Source: Trichoplax adhaerens (Eukaryota; Animalia; Placozoa). Taken from it: DNA of 64,000 bases. The position numbers were made by a program, and so were the translations under genes. The stretch spans positions 744,001-808,000 of the forward strand of contig NW_002060948.1 in the NCBI RefSeq assembly GCF_000150275.1, read 5' to 3'. Positions within the stretch are counted from its first letter, which is position 1. Every line of letters starts with the position of its first letter. The notes beneath the pieces are model-generated. The model saw nothing but the letters and a program-made list of their open reading frames with translations. It was not told where the DNA came from and ran no database searches. Positions 14,701 to 25,400 of this stretch are shown here, piece by piece.

Positions 14701-15689
14701 CCAACCATTTCTTGCATGAAATCTTTGATAAATTCTGCATCTTTCACACTGCAGTTACTCGAGTAGTAGGTACTAAGTCCCTAGTTTGGCGAGAATAGAA
14801 ATTTGCATCAATGGAATAATGATTATGATACATGCTAAATAAGATAATCAAGAATCGAAGAACTAATCTATAACAAATTATACCTGTTTGCCTAAACCTA
14901 ATTCTAAAACACGACTCTGAATGGAATACATCCGATCTTTACATAGATTCCACAACTTTTTCATGCGCTCGGCTTGCTGTTGGTAGGCTTTACTGGCTTG
15001 AATAATGACCTCCAATTTTTCCTACCAGTGGTAAAAATATTGACTTTTCTTTTTATGGCACTCTTTTAAGTTTACTAGGGTTTGGATAGAGTCGTATGTA
15101 AAATAGACACTATCAATCATTTCATTTCCGAATTACCTGAGGAATACCAGGAATAAATTTGGTATCTCCAAAGGATTTATAATTACCCATATTTGAATAG
15201 AAAGCAGCACTATAAATCAGCAAAGCCTACATAGTATGTAAAGCAAATAATGATACCGTCAATAGAGAAAAAGCCGTAGCCAATTGAAGACTATCAGTAA
15301 GTACCTCTATCCTACGAGCACATATTACTGGTGCTTTTATCAATTTATTACACTCTCCTATTCATATCTTCTATACTAATACTATAAAGGAATACAATAT
15401 CACTACTGACATGAAATTCAGCGTCAGATGGTCCATTAGGAATCGATTGGCAAGCTGCTTTCAATTCATCAACGGTTTGTGCAGAATAGAGACTTTGAAA
15501 TAGAAGGAAAATAATTGGCGATTCGGGTGAAGTCTGCAAGAAGACTATTAAGCTGCCTTCCCATGACGCTTTCGATAAGTAATGGGCATAGTGTTTTTCC
15601 ACATTCGTCAATTCATTGAAAGCAACAGAACAATCTAAATTATTGATAGTCGTGTTGGGATCAATTTGTACTCTTTTCGCAGTCTCCAT
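11721..15689 (-). CDS. DPP3: Dipeptidyl peptidase 3 (M49 zinc peptidase), multi-exon
   Basis: [97 protein letters not shown], zinc motif HELLGH (~13079-13096) and EECRAE. Confidence 0.97.
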
Positions 15690-16151
15690 TTCCTTTTAAT
15701 ACTATCGCTTTCGTCTGATAATTGCTATATGTTGGTGAAGAAGAAGCAAATGGATAAACTGGATATGGAGAACGGATTGTCTACGAGATGTTTTTATCAA
15801 AGGCCCGATTCTACTTTCATACTGTACCTAGTATTAGGTAGAGATGAACAGTACAGTACAGTACATCGTAGTACACTAGGTAGAACGTTTCATGAACGGG
15901 CGTCTGGATGTCAGTCCAAGCGTCCATAGTGGATAGTGGATATGATAGTTCATTTTTATCATTTGTCTAGCGCTGCAGGGCTCCAACTTATTCCATTTTA
16001 CCATGATTTACTATACAAATGTTTATTTTGAGCCACTTATTTCATGAATGGTAAACCATCCATCATTATAATTGATAGAAATTGTTGATGGTGGTCACAA
16101 CTAGCAGTGTAGACTACTTTTCTACATTCTTGTTTAGCTGGTATATTAGAG

Positions 16152-17053
16152 TCTGAATCCATAGTGGTTAGTTACTAGTTGAAGATATGGAGAAAATCAG
16201 CCTGTTCTAAAAAAAAGAATAAATGTCACCCCAGTGGTCGCTCTACCTATAGTATTCTACCATAAGGAGCACTTTTAGGGACGATATCAGTTTTGCTCAC
16301 AATTTGTAAAGCTGTTCACTGGGATACACCTGAAGCTCATTCAGTCGGTACGGACTGACGGAATACGGTACAGTATTCCGTTTGAGTCATAGTTTAGTCT
16401 TGAACTACTAAATTACATCGAGCGTATCCAGTAAGTCCAATGTTAGGGTTAGGATCTGAATCCATAGTGGTTAGTTACTAGTTGAAGATATGGAGAAAAT
16501 CAGCCTGTTCTAAAAAAATAAATAAATGTCACCCCAGTGGTCGCTCTACCTATAGTATTCTACCATAAGGAGCACTTTTAGGGACGATATCAGTTTTGCT
16601 CACAATTTGTAAAGCTGTTCACTGGGATACACCTGAAGCTCATTCAGTCGGTACGGACTGACGGAATACGGTACAGTATTCCGTTTAAGTCATAGTTTAG
16701 TCTTGAACTACTAAATTACAGCGAGTGTATCCAGTAAGTCCAATGTTAGGGTTAGGATCTGAATCCATAGTGGTTAGTTACTAGTTGAAGATATGGAGAA
16801 AATCAGCCTGTTCTAAAAAAAAAGAATAAATGTCACCCCAGTGGTCGCTCTACCTATAGTATTCTACAATATGGAGCACTGTTAGGGACGATATCAGTTT
16901 TGCTCACAATTTGTAAAGCTGTTCACTGGGATACACCTGAAGCTCATTCAATCGGTACGGACTGACGGAATACGGTACAGTATTCCATTTGAGTCATAGT
17001 TTAGTCTTGAACTGCTAAATAAATTACATCGAGTGTATCCAGTAAGTCCAATG
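16152..17053. repeat. Near-identical tandem repeat, ~3 copies, period 303-304 bp, GTTAGGGTTAGG at both internal junctions; candidate structured ncRNA unit
   Basis: TCTGAATCCATAGTGG recurs at 16152, 16455 and 16758. Copies differ by a few substitutions and indels. Each unit contains several inverted repeats. Confidence 0.95.
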
Positions 17054-17059
17054 ATTCTA

Positions 17060-17280
17060 CATACTGTATATGTGTAAAATGGATGTCATATTATTTCTTG
17101 GTATTATATAGGGAACAAGGCTATAGCCAACGACATCTGTTTTACGTCTAGGTGTATACAGTACTGTACAGTATACTGTTCGTACAGTAACACTATACGC
17201 TGACTACTGTACCGGGACTACATGTACAGTACTGCAAATGCCATACTTAAGGGTGGAACTGTACTGTAGTGTACCGTACC
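17060..17280. promoter_or_regulatory. Dense TACAGTA/TACTGTA cluster upstream of MRPS10
   Basis: About eight copies lie within 250 bp of the ATG, including TACAGTACTGTACAGTA at 17157. Confidence 0.45.
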
Positions 17281-17311
17281 GGATCGGATGACAAGCAGAC
17301 CTGCTTCAAAA

Positions 17312-19282
17312 ATGGCGACCATGTGGCGCAGTTTCCGCAATCAAATCGCAGTATACAGAATTTTAGCTGACAATGTATAACAATTTTGCATGATTTAAGA
17401 GTTGAAATAAGCTCATTTTTGAACGTACCATGAAAATCTTGCCTATTTTCTTTAGATTTGGTCCACCAATAAACTTGTAGCTGTCAATCAGCATAGGTAA
17501 GTCGATGTCGAGCATCTTCGTTGTACAATGTCCACATACTGCATGCAAGAAAAGGCAAGGAGATCGTTCGGCGCTATAATGCAATGCTCGATTTATGCCA
17601 AAGCAATTGTTGATTACACTTGGATTACAATGGTTGTGTAATTGTAATATTACCATTGCATTGAGTAATTGATTAATGCAAAAATCTTCAACTTGAATAA
17701 TCCAGTTAGAATTACACCTTGCCTAGATCATGTTAACATTGCGATCTAACCTTAGGTTTATGGGCAACACAACTTCACTGCAGCCCAAACAAGCGAAAAA
17801 GGTTAGTATACTCGTAATAGCGATGCTAATAAATGACTAACTAATGGAGATTATCATGTAATAAACTTAATTTAATAGATATGTACAGTATTTATCTTTG
17901 AATATATCTTACCACGCTTGAAAGAATGGATAGACGTATCTCTGCGTGCACTAGTGAAAGGTCTGCATCGTGCTATCACACCAATTAATGAATTCATTAA
18001 TCAGAGATCAAGTACTACACTGCACAGTACAACAGGCAAATCTATTAGTACTTTAACTGCATTATCCCATTTGAGGATCAAAATTATTCTAAGAATATTG
18101 CTTAAAGAACATACGCATATACTGATCTTCGATACAGCTTCAATAAAGTACTATTCCCGCTACATTATAGGCGTAACAGACCAATATCAGTCACACTTTA
18201 TATAAGTAACGTAACCAGACAAATCAATTGGCGACCTATGTAGTATTGTATAAGATACTGGGAATAGATATACTACCTAAACAGTAGTAAGAAATAGTAT
18301 TTTGACATCAATTTTGTCCCCCAAAAACAATTATATGCAAAGAAATGCATTCTTGTATTCTTATCCTTATACATACGGTACTATGAATAGATATTTTAAC
18401 TGTAGTTATAAGAAAAAGAGTTTTTACATCCGTTAATTGAGAAATCATATAACAATATACAAATTAGATACATTTTGAAATGGATCATTTCTACTCATCA
18501 TTAAAATAAACAGGCAATTGACGATGGCAATCAAGTACTCTATGGAGAGATTTCTATCAAAATTTTAGGAAACGATTTCGCTGTGTTAGACAGCTATGCC
18601 AAATTTCTTCGTATGGCTGCAAATAATCTTAAAATTAAAATTTCTGGAAGGTTAGCTTTCATCTCCTTCATTTTGATATCGCACTAAATACAGTCTTATA
18701 CATCAATCATTTACAAATACACGTCAATAGTAATTAACAGTGATCGATATTCTTCATTATAGGGTTGATCTACCAGCCAAGATTCAAAAATTTACTGTAT
18801 TAAAATCGCCTCATATCTTCAAAAAGCACCGTACACAATATGAAGTTAGAACACATTCTAGAATATTAAAGGTTACACAAATATAATCAAAATTTAGTCT
18901 TGTTATTCTAGAATTTCAATCAAACTGGACTTTATGATATTGCGCCTGTTGAATATAATTCTACTTACTATGGTATTTCATTCATTCCATTGACTAGGTA
19001 AGAAATTTAACTGCTAAGACTGCTGATATCTACCTAGAATACATACAAAGAAATATACCCGAAGGAGTAGCTATGACTGTATTCGAGGTGATATGTGCAA
19101 GCCAATAAATTATTATATCTATATTGCTATATAGCATGCAATCATTAATTTAGCAGCTTCAGGGATGATAATTTTAATTGAACGTAATGTACGGTACCAT
19201 ATAATAGAAAGAAATGGTACAGTTACCAAGTTACTTGAAAACAGAAGCAGCCAAATCAAACGAAGCAAAAGATAGTGAATAA
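17312..19282 (+). CDS. MRPS10: Mitochondrial ribosomal protein S10 (uS10m), ~6 exons
   Basis: Exons encode [37 protein letters not shown] and [21 protein letters not shown]. The N-terminus [11 protein letters not shown] resembles a presequence. The 5' exons (17312-17350, 17727-17801) are less certain. Confidence 0.9.
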
Positions 19283-22200
19283 ATTAGTAAGTGTAAGTGT
19301 AAAGACAATTTAGTAATTTTTTTTATAGCCTATATAACAATTCAATATCATCTATTCTGCTCTCCCTAGTTCCATATTGGAATGCAACCTGGTCTATATT
19401 GCAATGCAATACATTACCTCTGCATAAAAGATTGTAACAATATTCAAGTGTAGACCACTATCTAATCACTTGGCTCTCTTACAATTTAAAAATGGCTTTT
19501 TATATAAATTCAATTTCGATGCCCTAAATTACTCGGTATTGTACCATTCATGCAGTAACATAAAGTTATATCATCATCGAAATAATACAATGATGTGATT
19601 GTGTAAAACCTCTCAGTTCTATTCTCATCTTGTATGAATATTAATAATGTTATACCTATTTCTTAAAATCGTAACCAATAGCCAGAGACTGATACAGTAT
19701 ATCAGTCAGATATGTTACAATTTTTAACGCAAGAAATTATACGATTGATGACTGAAATCAAATCATTAAAATATGTAAATATTCCTATATATCTGTACTT
19801 TGGGAGATCTACGTCTGGTTGGCTATTAAGAACGTTTACAATACTAAAAATTTTTATCAGATAAAAACAATACGTTTCTATCAAAAGTATGTAGACCATT
19901 GATTACGTTAACACTATAAATGATCTAGTAATATTTAGAGGTCTCCTTACTGTAATCAAGAATATTGATCGACAACTGTAACTATCTAATTAAGGATAGA
20001 ATTAGTATGTAAAATTTTAATTACAATTATACTTATTATTTCAGTTAGCGAAAAATTTCTATACTTAAATGCAGCCATTGATAAATTTACATCGATAGTC
20101 AAATATGTAGTATCTCTGATATATAATTATTTTTAACATTAGCTATTGTATTAGTGTATATGCACTTAAAATATAGATGTTCAAACAGCTGTTATTTTAA
20201 ATTAGCAAGTAATGTTAGATTTTTTACCAAATCATCATAATCCATAAGTTATGGCAAGTTGCTCACTGTCAATAATAATAGTTAACACCAGTCTAATTCG
20301 CAAATAATATAATTATTAGTCAAAATCGAAACAGCTTCTTCGTACTGTATTCGTATTAAAGCATCTGGTAATCGTTAGATAGGTTAGGTAGTGACAGGAG
20401 AGACGTATTAACGTCCTTTTCATATTGAAGTATTAGATTAATTACTATTATTTTACCGGTATCTAACGACTAACATTACTGTTTCGATAACGTTGGATTA
20501 AATTGTTATCAGTTAAATTAGCATTCCAAATAGCGATATTTATCCATAATAAATTGGGACACGTTACCGGTGTAATAAAGATGTAACAGAATTTATTTCG
20601 AAAAGCTGTAATAAAATTAGATTTTCGTACAAAGTCTAGTTATAGCAATCGTAAAACAAGCGATATATCAGGTTCATTTTGACTAGTTCAAACTCTAAAA
20701 AATTTTTTATAACAGTTATTTCTATACTCATAAAAATTTCTAATTTACATGGAAATTATTCTCACCCGGTGAAGTAAATCTTAAAAATCGGAGTAATTTT
20801 ATAATCTTTAAATTACTGTCTCTTTACATACGCGTACCTATGCGCATTTATCAATTCAATTTTAAAGTCTTCATTTGGAACTCTCAAGCTCAACTTAATT
20901 TAAATCAATATCATCTATACCTAGTAAATTTACTACGACCCAACACTTTTTATAAAATCTCATACCATCCAATTTCAATATCTGATAATATTTTCTATTC
21001 TATAGCATTGTATCATAACATTTGTTACAAATCTCTATTTACTAATATCATTGTGAAATTAGCATATTAACATCCAGTATTATCTAAAGTGGCTTTCACT
21101 AGATGCTACCAACGGGATGATAAATTTTAGTTAATGTGCTATCCAAGACATTTAAAATCATGCAACGTAAATTCAGCTGGCCTATTATAGGTAACAGTAA
21201 TCACTGACAGGTTCCGAAATAGAATCAATGGTACCGGTATTGGATTTTAAAACGGATAGAAATATTTTTTAAACCGTATTGCCACGAAATTAAGAGTACT
21301 GTTAGCAGTTATAAATCTCTCGTTCTGTATATCATAATATTGCAAACAGTAGTACTATACATATATTACCGTATGGAACAATATGCAACTTTTGTCAAGA
21401 TCTAAATACTATAATTTTCCGTTTTGTTCGGTGTAGTCTAACCAGATATTATTTATAAACTACATTGCGACAGAAACATTAAAAATAATATGCGATCGGA
21501 GTTAATAGCTTAACCTACAATTTTCAATAATTTCTGTATAGTCAACTAACTTAGAATAACATTCTTTAGGAGTATTATTACTTCCAAAAATGAATAACAA
21601 GATTCGGTTAATGTATGCCATTATAGGTTACGTTGGTAAAATTTTCGTTTGCTCCACTAACTTAGCAATTAATTGCCCATTCCTTTTCGCCCTCTTTTAT
21701 CTCTGTCTTCTTGATCTATCATCATGAATACGTAATAAATATATAGATTAAACTGATTATATCATTGATTTAGTTCCATTTTTAAGTAACTGATCAACAA
21801 GGATATGATATGTTGTAGGATTGAATTAATATGATAATTTTAATAATTATAAAATCTATTAAAATTAAATTTTGAATTAACGAAGCACTTGTACAAATAA
21901 TCTCTCAGTTCATATTTGATGGGATAGATATGCGGTATTTGATTTTCGATCATGATGTTGAAATATTCGCTATATCACTTTTATATTATCAAAAGACATT
22001 ACCAGCGCAAATGATAAATTCGATTATAGCTTAATCGTGTCTTAGCAATACTTTATACGATAATTTATCCAAAATAAAAGTAAATTGTTAGCTTAACTAG
22101 ATCAGTTACGAAATCATACACATTAGATCCGAAAATTGCCATAAGGAATCATAAATGCTGTATTTATCAGCATTTATTTTAAAAGTGTTTAGCCACGACA

Positions 22201-22400
22201 ATGCAATACCTGCTCTTTCTTATCATGTTCTAATACTCATGGTATGATAGAGAAACAGATATGATAGCTATTCACTTTAAAGACCATTAAATCAACTATG
22301 TCTTGATTATAAATTATGGACCTAGATGATTTTAGTACATTATGTAGGTTTACAGACTGTGTATTACTCACTAGTAAAATTTAACCCTAGAATTTATTAA

Positions 22401-25400
22401 TCAGCTATTGCAGCCTAATAATATAAATGGCTTTTGTCTATTCTCAGTTCTCTTTTAATTGCTAGATATTCCATCTTGAAACATAATTTACTTTTTGGTA
22501 TGAAATGATTACCGATTACACATGTCTATTAAAGTTTTACCTTACTGATGATATTATCTTGGCATGCCATTCTAATACGTTCTGCTGTAGCAGGACTATT
22601 AAATTCGAAACTCTTCGATAAGTTGCGATCCAGCCTTCAATAATTAAATGAAAGAATGATTGGATTGCAACCACGGTACCATGTTATTTCTAAAGTTATG
22701 CGAACTATTAGCTCGTTATTCTAACATTAATATTAAACATAAAAATTAACAGTATTTAATTCAAGCGACGAAATTGCTATAAGATAGAAATTACGTATTA
22801 AATTAAACGAGCTCAGTATATTTATATCAATAGCTAAATCATATAAAATTTTTTAATTTAAAAATTTGAGTGTTTAGAATTTAACCAGTGTTACAAATCT
22901 TCTTTGTAAAAGAAACCGGGTCTTAAACACTATCTTCACTAGTACTTGTGTTCCAAACTAACTTAGGGACCTATCGTAGTTGAACTAACTCTCAGCTACA
23001 CAAAAAAAACTACTATAAAAGGACTGTTATTTACCAATTCAAAACTTAATCTTGATTTAAAATATAAGTAGTCGTATACTTTTAAATAGTCTGTTAATGT
23101 TCTAATTCAATACTGATATAATAACCAACAAGTATTCTACGGCCAATAACGGCACTAATGCTGCAAAACTATCAGATACAACTTCACAGATAGACTATAT
23201 TACCAAGAAAATATCATTAATGTGCGTATCCGGGTATACGAGTATAAACACTTTCCGCTAAATAAAAACTACAAAATATGATATGCTTAAATTCTACTGG
23301 TGTCGTTTGATTATAGGAAAGCTTTTAAATAAATAAATCTATAGAAGATCCAAGTTTACCGGCATGCTTGAACAGCATTTTGGATGGCTAAGAAAACGGA
23401 CGTTGCTAACGGTAAAGTTGGCTCGCCTATAGCCTATTCTCACAGAATACAGTTCAATCAAATCCAATAAATGTGATTCAGACTAATTGCAATCAACTTT
23501 TCATACTCTGCAAGTACTACGATATCAAAAAATACTAATTATTTCATCTGGCAAAGGTAAGTATTAAGAATCACTCCTAACCTTGGATGAATAAATAGCT
23601 TTATCGTTAAACGAATTACGAATCAAAGCAACTTGAAATTCTCTTGGTATATCCCTTGCAGTGGGGATTTTATAATTTTCAGGACTATTCATAAGTGGTA
23701 TACCTTCAGGCGTGTGATATAATTGTTCAATTGTGTATAAACCAATACCTTGTACAAAACCACCTTCCACCTAGAAATAGAAAAGATTTCATCTAGCACA
23801 GTTATCATATACGAACAGGATAGTTAAAAATAGTAAATTCTGTTAAATACACATTAGGTTGAGAAAACAGCATTATAGGTAAATGAATGAAATACTAAAG
23901 CCGTACCTGACCAATATCGATAGCAGGATTTAAACTTTTTCCTACATCCATCACAATGTCAGTTCGTAAATTCTGATACAAAGGTGATTCATAAACAGTA
24001 GTTATAGAATACAATTAATTATGAAGTATATTTGAATAGAAGCAAGGCATCTGATCTAAAAATACTAATATAAATATTTATATCTGAAATTTAAAATAAT
24101 TCCTCTTTAATGTCCAAACACTGACTTGATGATCGCCAGTCAAGGTATCAATTTCAACTTCGGAAACAGATGCTCCATAAGTATAGTATTTAATACCTCG
24201 CCCCGTTTTAGTTTCAAAACTGAACGTGATTGGATTTGGTTCTCTATTCAAGTAATAGAACAACGCCAAGGTAGCGATAGTTAAATCAAGCTAGCATCTC
24301 ATATATGTATGATACTTACACGAAATATCCTGCAGCCGATAGATTTACACGATTGTAGTATGCCGCAATAATCTTAAATAAAAATCCAGTATAAGAGAAG
24401 AGGTAATGATAGAAAAATGTAATAAATTTGTAAATAGGAAAGTTCTGTACCAATTCTACCCAGTTTGCTGTTGGCATTGTGGCACGAATCGGATCAAGTC
24501 TCTCCTTTAATTTTTCACAAGCATCCTATAATTACAAATCAATGATAGGATCTTACATATGTATAAACGGAAAGGAGTCTAGTTCTACTCATAATCAAAT
24601 AAGGTTTAATAGGTTATGAATACGGTACACGAATGTGAGCTGTTTATTATTTTCTATCTAATGATTAGTCTTTACTTTTGTTGCAGCACCATACAAATCC
24701 GTAGCCGAAGAGTTAGAAGTTTCAGTAGCATTAGGAATGACAGCAGTACTAGATTCAATTAAATGAATCTTCTCTTTAGGTACGCCAAGTATATGAGAAC
24801 AAATCTTTAAGAATAGAATATTAACATCAAACCTTGAAAACGAAATCACTTCTAAATTTATATAAATAATTATAATTCTTTTGAGAGCAGTTTAACTTTG
24901 ATAGTGACGATTTTACCTGAACTAGTTTTGTATTTAAACCTTGACCAATTTCAATTCCTCCGTGAAAGAGTAAAAGTGATCCATCAGTATAAACCTGAAT
25001 TAAAGCTCCAGCCTAGGATAGAAAATGAGCATTAAAAGGATATACAAGTGTACTATACTGTCGAAGGTATCGTTGAAGCTTTAGTGCTTGGAAGTGGAAA
25101 ATTTTAGGTATAGTATATCGGCTAAATGATTTTATTAGCAGTTAATCTATTTTAATACAAAAGTATAGGCCTATATCAACCAAAAAGTAAAATTTATACT
25201 AATTCATCACCGATACACTATTACTTTATAGGCGTATGTTTGGTTTATAGTTAACGCTATACCTGCTCCATAAATTTAAATCCAAGATAGCCAATCCCAA
25301 ATGAACTTGGGATGATGGCAATACCCCGCTTTTTAAACCGATTCTTTCTAGATCATCAATAAAACATTACCTTAAGAATTAAGACAAATTAAATAATGGT

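Noticed and set aside
16152-17053. Hammerhead retrozyme or CRISPR-like array
   Set aside because: No complete CUGANGA...GAAA core on either strand (CTGAAGC only). Units are wholly repeated with no unique spacers, and the context is eukaryotic.
16152-17053. Pure assembly artefact
   Set aside because: Each copy has private substitutions or indels, and the junction carries sequence absent from the flanks. Long reads are still needed to exclude this fully.
19283-22400. Short ORFs in the MRPS10 to paralog A spacer (e.g. 19702-19899, 20840-21070)
   Set aside because: AT-rich, Ile/Leu/Asn/Tyr-biased chance ORFs without splice or homology support.
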